A DNA stretch of 50,343 nucleotides from Oscillospiraceae bacterium (GCA_022795905.1 JAAWHO010000001.1:1-50343), one strand, 5' to 3'. Counted from the stretch's first letter, positions 1 through 9,596 are shown. Program-made: numbers and translations. Notes: generated by a model from the letters alone, not told the origin.

Positions 1-148
1 CCTTCTGGATCTCCAGGCAGGGTTGGGCAACGCCGGGGGTGTAGGCCAGGGAGAGGTCGTCCTTGCTCTCTACAGGCACGGTGGCGATGACCTCAATTTT
101 CCCCTTCCACTCCTGGTGGAGACGCAGGGATTCCTTTGCATAGTCCAT
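1..148 (-). CDS. NAD(P)-dependent malic enzyme, N-terminal fragment (continues beyond window start)
   Basis: Reverse translation from ATG at 148 gives [49 protein letters not shown]. This is a typical malic-enzyme N-terminus ([10 protein letters not shown]). GGAGG lies 8 nt upstream. It is absent from the ORF track because it is truncated. Confidence 0.8.
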   Translation of the reverse strand, partial: MDYAKESLRLHQEWKGKIEVIATVPVESKDDLSLAYTPGVAQPCLEIQK

Positions 149-365
149 AATAAAGTCCTCCTTCTCCATATGGTACAGCGTAATACGGAACATTTTGTAC
201 AAGGGAAGCAGGATGAACAAGAGCTTCCATTGTCAAATTTACTATACCTTTTTTTCGCTTTTTCTGATATGCTTTGGAAAGTAATCAAAGACTTTTGAAA
301 GTAAAAAAACCGATTGCTTCGGCGGCCATGCCTGCAAATGGAGCGGAAAATCGGAGCGGCGGCGG

Positions 366-394
366 TTGCAACCGGCGGCGGAGCGTGTTAAAAT
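366..394 (+). promoter_or_regulatory. putative sigma-A type promoter of the sensor kinase operon
   Basis: TTGCAA (366-371), 17-nt spacer, TAAAAT (389-394), about 35 nt upstream of GTG 430. Confidence 0.4.
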
Positions 395-429
395 AGCGGA
401 AAGAAACCCAGGAACAGGGGGGATGGGGT

Positions 430-2049
430 GTGGAGGAGCGGCGGCGGAAGCGTCAGCAGGGACTGGGGCGGATTTTTCTGCGGCTGCTGGCTTGGACCGG
501 CCTGGCCTGGCTGGCCCTGCTGGGCGTGACCCTCTCTCTGACCCTCAACCAGGCGCTCTCCAGCCTGACAGAGAAGATGGAGAGCGATTTGACTGCCGCC
601 GCCGCCTCCCTGGCGGGGAGCCGGATGGTCCGGGAGGCCCTGGAGCGCGGCAGGTGTTCGGAGGATATGGCGGAGTATCTGGATGCGCTGGTGGCCAATA
701 CGCCGGACCTGGACATAATCACGATTGCCGGAGCAGATTCCATGCGGGTCTACCATGTGGTGCCGGAGCGGATTGGCCAGCAGTTTGTGGGCGGCGACCA
801 GGGCCGGGCCCTGGCGGGGGATGCCTACCTCTCCGAGGGGGTGGGCACCATGGGGCTCCAGCGCCGGGCCTTCTGCCCTGTTTTTGACGGGGAGGGGAAG
901 GTGCTGGGCTTCGTGATGGCCAGCGCCACCATGGACCGCATCCAAATCATGCGCCGGGAGATCGTGGAAGCCTATTGCAAGCTTGCCCTTGCCCTTGCCC
1001 TGGCGACCCTGGCGGCAGCGGCGGCGCTGACGCTGCTGCTGCGGCGGCTGCTCCACGGGTTCGGCCCCGAAGGGCTGGTGCGCACCTACTTGACCCAGAA
1101 CGAGGCGCTGGGGGACCTGGACGAGGGACTTATCGCCACGGACGGCCAGGGCGTCGTGAAGCTGGTGAACCGGGCGGCGGAGGCCATGCTGGGCCAGCGG
1201 GCGGAACGGCTGGAGGGGGAGCGGCTGGACGGGATTATCCGGGACGAGAAGGGCGGAAGCCTGCTGGAGAAGCGGCGGGAGAACGCCCAGACCTCCCGGC
1301 CTAATATTCTCTGCACATCCATCCCCCAGAAGAAGGAGGGCCGCCGGACAGGGGCCACACTGATTCTGAAGGACCGGAGCGAGGCCATGCGCCGGGCGGA
1401 GCAGCTTAACGGCACCCGCCATGTGATATCGGCCCTGCGGGCGAATACCCATGAGTTTATGAACAAACTCCAGGTCATCTCCGGCCTGCTCCAGATGGAG
1501 CGGCTGGAGGAGGCAAAGGAGTATATCGGGGCCATTTCCGCCGTCCAGTCCAAGCTGGTAGCCCCCGTGCTCCAGCACATCCAGAATGCCAACACGGCGG
1601 CGCTGCTGCTGGGGAAGATCGACCATATGCGGGAGCTGGATATCCAGCCCACCCTGCTGGCCAACAGCAGCCTGCCGGAGCACAGCGCGTACCTGTCCAC
1701 GGAGGAGCTGGTGACGGTGGTGGGGAATCTGCTGGAGAACGCCATTGAGGCGGTGGACGCGCAGAACAGGGACTGGCCCCGGAGCGTCGTGGTGCAGATT
1801 ACGGAGGATGAGAGGGGACTTCTGGTGATCGTTTCGGACACCGGGACCGGAATTCCGCCGGAGGACCTGGAGAGGATCTACACGCCGGGCTTCAGCACCA
1901 AGGCCGAGGAGGGCCGGGGCGTTGGAATGGGGCTGATCCGGGAGATCGTCGCCCGTCGGGAGGGGAGCATTGAGGTAGACTCGGAGGCGGGGACCGGTAC
2001 GACTTTCACGCTGATTTTCAACAAGAAGCGGGGAGGGGGAGAGGGATGA
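430..2049 (+). CDS. sensor histidine kinase, CitA/DcuS (SpoOB-type) family
   Basis: 539-aa ORF with an N-terminal TM segment, an extracytoplasmic sensor region and a second TM segment. It has a PAS-like stretch (IATDGQGVVKLVNRAAEAML), the dimerisation His region LRANTHEFMNKLQVISGLLQ, and ATPase motifs (GNLLENAIEA, DTGTGI, GVGMGL). GTG start. Confidence 0.85.
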   Translation: MEERRRKRQQGLGRIFLRLLAWTGLAWLALLGVTLSLTLNQALSSLTEKMESDLTAAAASLAGSRMVREALERGRCSEDMAEYLDALVANTPDLDIITIAGADSMRVYHVVPERIGQQFVGGDQGRALAGDAYLSEGVGTMGLQRRAFCPVFDGEGKVLGFVMASATMDRIQIMRREIVEAYCKLALALALATLAAAAALTLLLRRLLHGFGPEGLVRTYLTQNEALGDLDEGLIATDGQGVVKLVNRAAEAMLGQRAERLEGERLDGIIRDEKGGSLLEKRRENAQTSRPNILCTSIPQKKEGRRTGATLILKDRSEAMRRAEQLNGTRHVISALRANTHEFMNKLQVISGLLQMERLEEAKEYIGAISAVQSKLVAPVLQHIQNANTAALLLGKIDHMRELDIQPTLLANSSLPEHSAYLSTEELVTVVGNLLENAIEAVDAQNRDWPRSVVVQITEDERGLLVIVSDTGTGIPPEDLERIYTPGFSTKAEEGRGVGMGLIREIVARREGSIEVDSEAGTGTTFTLIFNKKRGGGEG

Positions 2050-2735
2050 TACGGGCCATTATTGTGGAGGACGATCCCATGGTGGCGCAGATTAACGGAC
2101 AGTATTTGCGGCAGATGGGGGACTTCAGGATAGAGGGGATGTTTTCCAACGGTCTGGAGGCCCTGGAGCACCTGCGGCGGAACGGGGCGGATCTGGTGAT
2201 CCTGGATATCTATATGCCGTCGATGAACGGGAGCGAGCTGCTCCGGCGGATGCGGGGGGAGGGGATCCCTACGGCGGTCATTATGGTGACGGCGGCTACG
2301 GAGATGAAGGTCGTGGACGAGTCGCTGCGGCTGGGCATTGTGGACTATTTGATCAAGCCCTACTCCTTTGACCGGTTCCGGGAGGCGGTCCGGAAATTCC
2401 TGACCAAAGATAATCTGCTCAAAAGCAGCACCACGGCAGACCAGGAGGTGGTGGACCGGCTGCTGGTGGGCAGTCCCACAGCCGGAGGGGAGCTCCGGAA
2501 AGGGCTCAACCAGAGAACGCTGGCCCATGTCTATGAGTTCCTCTGCGGCCAGTGGGAGGAGAAGCACACCTGTGAGAGTATTTCGGCCGCCACCGGGCTT
2601 TCAAAGGTCACAGTCCGGCGGTATCTGAATTATCTCATTGAAACCGGGCGGGTGGTTTCCTCAATCGACTACGAGACCGGCGGGAGGCCGGGGGTGCTCT
2701 ATAAGGTCAAAAAAGAGTCGGCGCCCCTCTTTTGA
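2046..2735 (+). CDS. response regulator, CitB/DcuR family
   Basis: 229 aa. Receiver domain (IIVEDDPMV, LVILDIYMP, VTAA, KP) plus a C-terminal HTH. ATGA overlap with the kinase stop suggests translational coupling. Confidence 0.85.
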   Translation: MIRAIIVEDDPMVAQINGQYLRQMGDFRIEGMFSNGLEALEHLRRNGADLVILDIYMPSMNGSELLRRMRGEGIPTAVIMVTAATEMKVVDESLRLGIVDYLIKPYSFDRFREAVRKFLTKDNLLKSSTTADQEVVDRLLVGSPTAGGELRKGLNQRTLAHVYEFLCGQWEEKHTCESISAATGLSKVTVRRYLNYLIETGRVVSSIDYETGGRPGVLYKVKKESAPLF

Positions 2736-2775
2736 GACGCTGGATTTTTGCGCAAGCCAGGAGGAGTGATGAAAA

Positions 2776-3717
2776 ATGTTTGACAGTTTTTTGGTAGCCC
2801 TGCGGGTGGTTGTTCCCATGGCTATTCTGATGTGCGTCGGCGCTGTCATCCGGCGGGCCGGCGTCATCGACCGGCCGGGTATGCGTGCCATGGACCGGGT
2901 GACCTTCAGGCTCTTTATGCCCGTCCTGCTGTTCAAAAATATCTACGACACCTCCCTGGGGGAGGGAATGGAGGGCGGCGAGGTGGCCTTCGCCGTGGCG
3001 GGGCTTCTGCTGGTGTTTCTCTTCGCGCTCCTGGCGCCGCCTAAGCTGGTAGCGGATCACAACAAGGCCGCCGCCATCGGCCAGGCCATTATCCGCTCCA
3101 ACTATATTCTGTTTGGCGTGGCTGTAGCCGAGTCCATCTATGGCGCGGGAAACGCCGGCTCAGTGGCCCTGCTGGGGGCGGTCGTCGTCCCCGTGACCAA
3201 CGCTCTGGCGGTCGTCATCCTGGAAATCAACCGCTCGGGGAAGGCGAATCCTGGGAAAATCTTTATCTCTATCCTCAAAAATCCCATGGTCATCGCCACC
3301 TTCCTGGCTCTGGTCTGTAAGGCTGTCAGCCTCCAGCTCCCCGGTATGCTCTATGATGTGGCAGCTGACATAGCCGGTGTAACCACGACGGTCAGCTTCA
3401 TTTCTCTGGGGGTCAGCCTGGATCTGGGAGAGCTGAAAAGCAACCGCGGTCCTCTTACACTGGGCGTGGTGCTGCGGATGGTGCTGGTGCCGCTGGTTTT
3501 TATGCCGATTGCTGTGGCTCTGGGCTTCCGGGGACCCATTCTGTGCGCTTTGCTGGTGCTCTTTGCCGCCCCCGCCGCCGTGGCGTCCTATCCCATGGCT
3601 GTAGCGATGGGGGCGGACGGACAGCTGGCGGGGCAGCTGGTGTGCTGTACCACGGTGGTCTCTATCTTTACAATGTTCTGCTTTACCTTCCTATTTCAAA
3701 TGCTGGGCCTGCTGTAA
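2776..3717 (+). CDS. AEC (auxin efflux carrier) family transporter, candidate malate/citrate permease
   Basis: 313-aa polytopic membrane protein with the two-lobed organisation typical of the AEC family. It sits between the two-component system and citDEF. Confidence 0.7.
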   Translation: MFDSFLVALRVVVPMAILMCVGAVIRRAGVIDRPGMRAMDRVTFRLFMPVLLFKNIYDTSLGEGMEGGEVAFAVAGLLLVFLFALLAPPKLVADHNKAAAIGQAIIRSNYILFGVAVAESIYGAGNAGSVALLGAVVVPVTNALAVVILEINRSGKANPGKIFISILKNPMVIATFLALVCKAVSLQLPGMLYDVAADIAGVTTTVSFISLGVSLDLGELKSNRGPLTLGVVLRMVLVPLVFMPIAVALGFRGPILCALLVLFAAPAAVASYPMAVAMGADGQLAGQLVCCTTVVSIFTMFCFTFLFQMLGLL

Positions 3718-3742
3718 GCGGACCCGAAAGGAGCTGATTGTT

Positions 3743-4018
3743 TTGAAAATCGCACGACAGGCCGCTGCCGGGTCCCTGGAGTCCAGCGATATCCTGGTGA
3801 CCATGGCTCCCGGCGGCGGAGAGGTGGAAATTATCCTCACTTCCTCGGTGGAAAACTATTACGGGGACGCCATTCGGGAGACCATGCGCCGCACATTGGA
3901 GGAGCTGGGCGTCACCAGCGCCAGGGTAGAGGCGGTGGACCACGGCGCGCTGGAGTGTACAATCAAGGCCCGGATTACCACCGCCGTCCGCCGGGCGGGA
4001 GAGGAGGCGCGGCTATGA
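3743..4018 (+). CDS. citD: citrate lyase acyl carrier protein (gamma subunit)
   Basis: 91 aa; MKIARQAAAGSLESSDILV carries the conserved prosthetic-group serine context. TTG start, immediately upstream of citE. Confidence 0.85.
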   Translation: MKIARQAAAGSLESSDILVTMAPGGGEVEIILTSSVENYYGDAIRETMRRTLEELGVTSARVEAVDHGALECTIKARITTAVRRAGEEARL

Positions 4019-4899
4019 GGCGCTCCATGCTGTTTCTCCCCGCCAACAGCCCCAATATGGTGGTCAACGGCGGAGTGCTGGGGGCTGACAGCCTCATTTT
4101 TGACCTGGAGGACGCCGTTTCCCCCGACGAGAAGGACGCCGCCCGGGATCTGCTCCGCGGGGCCCTGGAGGCCCTGGACTTCGGCCGCTGCGAGCGCGTG
4201 GTACGTATCAACGGGCTGGACACCCCCTACTGGAGGGCGGACCTGGAGGCGGTTCTCCCGCTGGGGCCCGAGCTGATTATGCTGCCGAAAACCGGCTGCG
4301 GGGAGGATGTCCGCCAGCTGGATGGAGCGCTGACTGAGCTGGAGGACGCTCACCGTCTAACGCCGGGCCGCACGGGAATTATCGCCCTGCTGGAGACCGC
4401 CGCCGGGGTGGAGAACGCCTATGCCGCCGCCTTGGCCTCGCCCAGAGTAAAGGCGCTGTTTTTGGGAGCGGAGGATCTGACGGCGGACCTGCGCTGCCAG
4501 CGGACCAAGGAAGGGGCGGAGATTCTTTACGCCCGGGGCCGCCTGGTGTGTGCCGCCCGAGCCGCCGGGGTGGAGGTCTACGACACCCCCTTCACCAATG
4601 TGGACGATCTGGAGGGCCTGGAGAAGGACGCCTCCTTTGCCAAGGGCCTAGGTTTTACCGGCAAGGCGTGTATCAGCCCCGCCCATGTAGCCGCCGTAAA
4701 CCGGATTTTTTCTCCCTCCGAAAAGGAGATCGAATACGCCCGCGAGGTCTTTGCCGCCATTGAGCGGGGCCGGAAGCAGGGCAAGGGGGCTGTTGCTCTC
4801 CGGGGAAAGATGATTGACGCGCCCATTGTGGCTCGGGCCCGGCTGGTGCTGAAGGCCGCGGCGGAAATGGGCGGAGAGGAGGCGGACAGCGATGTCTAA
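4015..4899 (+). CDS. citE: citrate (pro-3S)-lyase beta subunit (citryl-CoA lyase)
   Basis: MRRSMLFLPANSPNMV... is an HpcH/CitE-type sequence. ATG 4015 overlaps the citD stop (ATGA). The track ORF from 3955 is an upstream extension. Confidence 0.85.
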   Translation: MRRSMLFLPANSPNMVVNGGVLGADSLIFDLEDAVSPDEKDAARDLLRGALEALDFGRCERVVRINGLDTPYWRADLEAVLPLGPELIMLPKTGCGEDVRQLDGALTELEDAHRLTPGRTGIIALLETAAGVENAYAAALASPRVKALFLGAEDLTADLRCQRTKEGAEILYARGRLVCAARAAGVEVYDTPFTNVDDLEGLEKDASFAKGLGFTGKACISPAHVAAVNRIFSPSEKEIEYAREVFAAIERGRKQGKGAVALRGKMIDAPIVARARLVLKAAAEMGGEEADSDV

Positions 4900-6298
4900 G
4901 CTGTGCAAAACCCTGCGGGAGGCCATGGAGCGCGCCGGCCTGCAGAACGGACAGACCATATCCTTCCACCACCATCTGCGCAACGGGGACTATGTGCTCA
5001 ATATGGTCCTGGAGGCGGCGGCGGCCATGGGGCTGCGGGAGCTGACGGTCTGTGCCAGCTCCGTCTTTGACTGCCACCGACCCCTCATCGGCCATATCCA
5101 GAGGGGCGTGGTCACCGGCCTGGAGGCCAGCTACATCTCCTCGGCGGTGGGGAAGGCCGTCAGCCAGGGCGTCCTGGACAAGCCGGTGGTGTTCCGGACC
5201 CACGGCTCCCGTCCGGCAGATATCATGTCCGGAAAAACCCATATTGATGTGGCCTTCCTGGCCGCGCCGTCCTCGGACCCGGAGGGCAACTGCTCCGGGA
5301 AGTACGGCCCCTCGGCCTGCGGTTCCCTGGGCTACGCCTTTGCCGACGCCCAGATGGCGGACAGGGTGATAGTCATCACCGACTGCCTCCAGGACTACCC
5401 CCTCGCCGGGGCGTCCATCGGTGAGGAGCTGGTGGACCTGGTGGTGAAGGTGGACGCCATCGGCGACCCGGCGGGAATCGTCTCCGGCACCACCCGGATG
5501 CCCCGGGACCCGGTGGCCCTGCGCATTGCGGACCTTGCGGCCCAGGCCATTGACGCCGCCGGGCTGCTGAGGGACGGCTTTTCCTTCCAGACCGGGGCCG
5601 GCGGGGCCTCCCTGGCGGCGGCGGAGTATGTGCGCCGCCGAATGCTGGAGAAAAAGGTCAGGGGCAGCTTCGCCCTGGGCGGGATTACCGGATACATGGT
5701 GGATATGCTCCAGGCCGGGTGCTTCCAGGCCATCCAGGACGTGCAGTGCTTCGACCTGAAGGCGGTTCGGTCCCTGCGGGAGGACCCCCGGCACCGGGAG
5801 ATTACCGCCATTCAGTACGCCAGCCCCTGGGCCAAGAGCACCGCCGCCGCCCACCTGGACGCGGTGGTCCTGGGGGCCACCCAGATTGACCTGGACTTTA
5901 ACGTCAACGTCCACACGGATTCCGACGGATATATCATCGGCGGCTCCGGAGGGCATACCGACGTGGCGGAGGAGGCCGGACTGACGGTGGTGGCCGCGCC
6001 CCTGAGCCGGGCCAGGATGTCCATTGTGGTGGACAAGGTGCTGACCGTCTCCACGCCGGGAAGCTCGGTAGACCTGCTGGTGACCCAGTACGGAATTGCC
6101 GTCAACCCTGGACGGCCGGAGCTGCGGGCTGCGCTGCAAAGCTCCGGCCTGCCGGTAAAGGATATCCGGGAGCTGCGGGCCCTGGCGGAGGCGATCAACG
6201 GTCCCGCCGCTCCCTACCGGCCTCCCCGGAAGCGGGTAGCGGCCAGGGTTCTGGGCCGCAGGGGCGAGGAGCAGGATGCCATCTATACAGTCCAATAA
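4892..6298 (+). CDS. citF: citrate lyase alpha subunit (citrate CoA-transferase)
   Basis: 468 aa with a CitF-like N-terminus (TISFHHHLRNGDYVLNMV). The start overlaps the citE stop. Confidence 0.85.
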   Translation: MSKLCKTLREAMERAGLQNGQTISFHHHLRNGDYVLNMVLEAAAAMGLRELTVCASSVFDCHRPLIGHIQRGVVTGLEASYISSAVGKAVSQGVLDKPVVFRTHGSRPADIMSGKTHIDVAFLAAPSSDPEGNCSGKYGPSACGSLGYAFADAQMADRVIVITDCLQDYPLAGASIGEELVDLVVKVDAIGDPAGIVSGTTRMPRDPVALRIADLAAQAIDAAGLLRDGFSFQTGAGGASLAAAEYVRRRMLEKKVRGSFALGGITGYMVDMLQAGCFQAIQDVQCFDLKAVRSLREDPRHREITAIQYASPWAKSTAAAHLDAVVLGATQIDLDFNVNVHTDSDGYIIGGSGGHTDVAEEAGLTVVAAPLSRARMSIVVDKVLTVSTPGSSVDLLVTQYGIAVNPGRPELRAALQSSGLPVKDIRELRALAEAINGPAAPYRPPRKRVAARVLGRRGEEQDAIYTVQ

Positions 6299-6325
6299 TT
6301 CTTTTACAGGAGGAGGCCATACGGC

Positions 6326-6829
6326 GTGTATGACGAGCTGACAGAGGTTGATATCAAAAAGATGCAGGAGGAGATCGACTACCGGGTCCGGGAGCTGCGG
6401 CCCAAGCTCATTGCCGACGTGCAGACCGCCCGGGCCTTCGGGGATCTCAGCGAGAACTTTGAGTATAAGTGCGCCAAGCAGGAGAAGAACAAAAACGAGA
6501 GCCGTATCCGCTACCTGGAGCGGATGATCAAAACGGCAAAGGTGATTTCCGCCGACTCCGGAGAGGATACCGTAGGCCTTTTTGACAAGGTAGTGGTGTT
6601 CAATGAGAAGCTGGGGAAAGAGATGACCCTGCGGATCGTGACCACCCTGCGCCAGGATGCCCGGCAGGGGCTCATCAGCAAGGAATCCCCGGTAGGGAAG
6701 GCCCTTCTGGGCCGGAAAGCTGGGGACCGGGTACTGGTAAAGATCGGTCCGGAGCTGTCCTACTACCTGACGGTCCGCTCCCTGGAGAAGGGGGAGGACG
6801 ACGCGGGACTGGCGATTAGCAGGTACTGA
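6326..6829 (+). CDS. greA: transcription elongation factor GreA
   Basis: 167 aa; ARAFGDLSENFEYKCAKQEK coiled-coil motif and a C-terminal FKBP-like domain. GTG start, 9 nt after GGAGGAGG. Confidence 0.9.
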   Translation: MYDELTEVDIKKMQEEIDYRVRELRPKLIADVQTARAFGDLSENFEYKCAKQEKNKNESRIRYLERMIKTAKVISADSGEDTVGLFDKVVVFNEKLGKEMTLRIVTTLRQDARQGLISKESPVGKALLGRKAGDRVLVKIGPELSYYLTVRSLEKGEDDAGLAISRY

Positions 6830-6836
6830 AAAGAGA

Positions 6837-6940
6837 GGGGAGGGCGGGAGCCCTCCCCGGACGTTTTCGATCCAACCTTTTTCAAAAGGTTGGCGGGGAT
6901 GCAAGGGGCAGAGCCCCTTGCGGGAGCGCAGTATCGTCAA
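6837..6940. repeat. intergenic multi-hairpin repeat element (three perfect palindromic stems)
   Basis: Three stems: GGGGAGGGC-GGGA-GCCCTCCCC (6837-6858), CCAACCTTTT-TC-AAAAGGTTGG (6872-6893), GCAAGGGGC-AGA-GCCCCTTGC (6901-6921). These are followed by AGTATCGTC. The architecture matches the element at 37503-37566 in the opposite orientation. Confidence 0.6.
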
Positions 6941-7014
6941 GTTGTCGGTTGTAATTCCTGAAAAATTGTGGTATGCTGTATCATTAGTAAACTATTGTTA
7001 AGGAGAAATACACT

Positions 7015-7677
7015 ATGGCGGAAGAGAAAAAAGACCTGGAGCCTGTGCAGGAGCAGCAGCCGCCTGAGACGGAGACGGCAGAAAAGACAGAAAACGCGCC
7101 GGAGAAGGAGCCGGAAACCCTGGAGACCGCCCTGTACAGCTGGGGGCAGGCGCTCATTACGGCGGTGGTGGGAGTTGTGATCCTGTTCACCTTCATCTTC
7201 CGCCTCATCGGCGTCAACGGGCCCTCCATGCAGGACACCCTGTACACCGGGGACCGGCTGCTGGTTATCAACTCCCTGCTGTGCGGCGAGTATAAGCAGG
7301 GGGACGTGGTAGTGGCCCGGAACTACAACGCGGATCTGAACGAGACGATCGTCAAGCGCATTGTGGCTGTGGGAGGGCAGACGGTGGACATCGACTTCAC
7401 GGCCGGCGTCGTCTATGTGGACGGCGCCCCGCTGGCCGAGCCCTACGTCAAGGAGCCCACCTATAAGCCAGAGGGCACCGAGTTCCCCCTCACCCTGGCG
7501 GAGGACGAGGTCTTTCTCATGGGTGACAACCGCAACCGCAGCACTGACAGCCGCAGCAGCTCCCTGGGCCCCGTCAACGTGGGCTATCTCCAGGGCAAGG
7601 CGGTATTCCTGCTGATCCCCGGCCAGACCCCCGATCTGGAGGCCAGGGAGTGGGACCGCATCGGCCCGGTGCGCTGA
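7015..7677 (+). CDS. lepB: signal peptidase I
   Basis: 220 aa with a TM anchor and catalytic boxes GPSMQDTL, VKRIVAVGGQ and GDNRNRSTDSR. Confidence 0.9.
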   Translation: MAEEKKDLEPVQEQQPPETETAEKTENAPEKEPETLETALYSWGQALITAVVGVVILFTFIFRLIGVNGPSMQDTLYTGDRLLVINSLLCGEYKQGDVVVARNYNADLNETIVKRIVAVGGQTVDIDFTAGVVYVDGAPLAEPYVKEPTYKPEGTEFPLTLAEDEVFLMGDNRNRSTDSRSSSLGPVNVGYLQGKAVFLLIPGQTPDLEAREWDRIGPVR

Positions 7678-7706
7678 GGCGAAATCACAGAAGAGGGGCC
7701 TTTTCT

Positions 7707-8585
7707 ATGGATGAGACGGGCATGAAAATCCAGTGGTACCCCGGCCACATGACCAAAACCCGGCGGATGATCGCGGACCAGATGAAGCATATGGACGCCG
7801 TGTGCGAGATCCTGGATGCCCGCATCCCCATCTCCAGCCGGAACCCGGACGTGGAGGAACTGACGGCGGACAAGCCCCGGCTCATCGTCCTCAACCGGAC
7901 GGACCTGGCGGACCCGGCGGCGACAAAGCGCTGGGGGGCCTATTTCCGGGGCCGGGGCTTCGCGGTGCTGGAGGCCAACGCCAGGGAGGGTCAGGGCACC
8001 GGGAAATTCTCCGCCGCCGTGCGGGAGCTGCTCTCGGACAAGCTGGCGGCCTACGCCGAGAAGGGACAGGCGGGGCGGATGCTCCGGGTCATGATTCTGG
8101 GCATCCCAAACGTGGGCAAATCCACCTTTATCAATAAGGTCGCCAGGCGCAAGACCGCCAAGGCCGAGGACCGCCCAGGCGTCACCAGGGCCAAGCAGTG
8201 GGTGCCGGTGGACCAGAGCCTGGAGCTGCTGGACACCCCAGGAATGCTCTGGCCGAAGTTCGAGGACCCCGCCGTGGGCCTGCGGCTGGCAATGACTGGC
8301 GCGGTGCGGGATGAGATCCTGGATGTGGAGGAGCTCGCCAGCCACCTGATGGCCTATCTGGGGGAGCACTATCCCCAGGCGCTGCTGGAGCGGTACAGGA
8401 CTGTTGCGGAGGAGAGCGACACCGGCTGGACCCTGCTGGAGAAGGCGGGGCGGAAGCGGGGCTTCGTGGTCCGGGGCGGCGAGGTGGACATTGAACGTAT
8501 GTCCCGCATCCTTCTGGACGAGTTCCGGGGTGGAAAGCTGGGGCGCTTTACACTGGAGCTGCCGGAGGAGGCCCGCCATGAGTAA
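7707..8585 (+). CDS. rbgA: ribosome biogenesis GTPase A (YlqF/RbgA)
   Basis: IQWYPGHMTKTRR N-terminus; circularly permuted GTPase motifs (LNRTDL, GIPNVGKST, DTPG). The start may be ATG 7707 or ATG 7722. Confidence 0.85.
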   Translation: MDETGMKIQWYPGHMTKTRRMIADQMKHMDAVCEILDARIPISSRNPDVEELTADKPRLIVLNRTDLADPAATKRWGAYFRGRGFAVLEANAREGQGTGKFSAAVRELLSDKLAAYAEKGQAGRMLRVMILGIPNVGKSTFINKVARRKTAKAEDRPGVTRAKQWVPVDQSLELLDTPGMLWPKFEDPAVGLRLAMTGAVRDEILDVEELASHLMAYLGEHYPQALLERYRTVAEESDTGWTLLEKAGRKRGFVVRGGEVDIERMSRILLDEFRGGKLGRFTLELPEEARHE

Positions 8586-9216
8586 AGAGACGGGCCCCCT
8601 GTGGGAGCTGGAGGGGGCCGCCTGGGCGCAGGGCCGCGGCGCCGTGTGCGGTTGCGACGAGGCGGGGGCCGGTCCCCTGGCCGGGCCGGTGTATGCCGGG
8701 GCGGTGATCCTGCCCAGGGGCGCGGAGCTGCCGGGGCTGAATGATTCCAAGAAGCTGACGGCCAAAAAGCGGGAGGTCCTCTACGAGCTGATTCTGGATA
8801 AAGCGATTGCTTGGGCTGTCGCCAGCGTGGAAGCGGAGGAGATTGACAAAACCGACATCCTCAGCGCCCGGATGAAGGCCATGCAGACGGCCATCGACCG
8901 GCTCTCCCCGGCGGCGGACTTCGCCCTGGTGGACGGCAACCGGGACCGAGGAAAGACCTGCGCCATCACCATTGCCCACCAGTGCGTGGTCCATGGAGAC
9001 GCAAGGAGCGTGAGCATCGCCGCCGCCTCCATCCTGGCCAAGGTCAGCCGGGACCGGTACATGGAGGAGATGGCGGAGCGGTACCCCGCCTATCAGTTTG
9101 AGAAGCACAAGGGCTACGGTACCAGACTCCACTACGCCATGCTGGATGCCCACGGCCCCAGCCCCATCCACCGGAGGAGCTTTCTGAAGAGGTGGGAGGC
9201 CGCCCGAAATGGATGA
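8578..9216 (+). CDS. rnhB: ribonuclease HII
   Basis: Contains GCDEAGAGPLAGPVYAGAV (DEAG motif), DSKKL and HKGYGT. ATG 8578 overlaps the rbgA stop. The track ORF from 8404 is an extension. Confidence 0.9.
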   Translation: MSKETGPLWELEGAAWAQGRGAVCGCDEAGAGPLAGPVYAGAVILPRGAELPGLNDSKKLTAKKREVLYELILDKAIAWAVASVEAEEIDKTDILSARMKAMQTAIDRLSPAADFALVDGNRDRGKTCAITIAHQCVVHGDARSVSIAAASILAKVSRDRYMEEMAERYPAYQFEKHKGYGTRLHYAMLDAHGPSPIHRRSFLKRWEAARNG

Positions 9217-9568
9217 GCGCAAGCGCCAGGGCGATCAGGGGGAGGCGGCTGTGGCGGCGGCGCTGGAGCGCCGGGGCTGCACCGTGCTGGAGAGGCAGTA
9301 CCGCTGCCGCTGGGGGGAGATCGACCTCATTGTCCGCACGGGGGACGGCATCCTCTGCTTTGTGGAGGTCAAGACCCGCTCCCCGAGAGCCATCGCGCCG
9401 CCCAGAGAGTCCGTGACAGCGGCAAAGCAGGAGAAGCTGCGCCGGGCGGCATCCTGGTACCTGGCCCAGACCGGCCTGGACTGTCCCTGCCGGTTCGATG
9501 TGGCGGAGGTCTATCCCGCGGATGCGGGGGGCCGGCGGCAGATTAACTACATTACCAGCGCGTTTTGA
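9209..9568 (+). CDS. yraN: YraN family endonuclease-like protein (UPF0102)
   Basis: 119 aa with GEIDLIV and FVEVKTR motifs. Overlaps the rnhB stop. Confidence 0.8.
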   Translation: MDERKRQGDQGEAAVAAALERRGCTVLERQYRCRWGEIDLIVRTGDGILCFVEVKTRSPRAIAPPRESVTAAKQEKLRRAASWYLAQTGLDCPCRFDVAEVYPADAGGRRQINYITSAF

Positions 9569-9596
9569 GAATCCGCGCAATTTGGAGGATATATTC

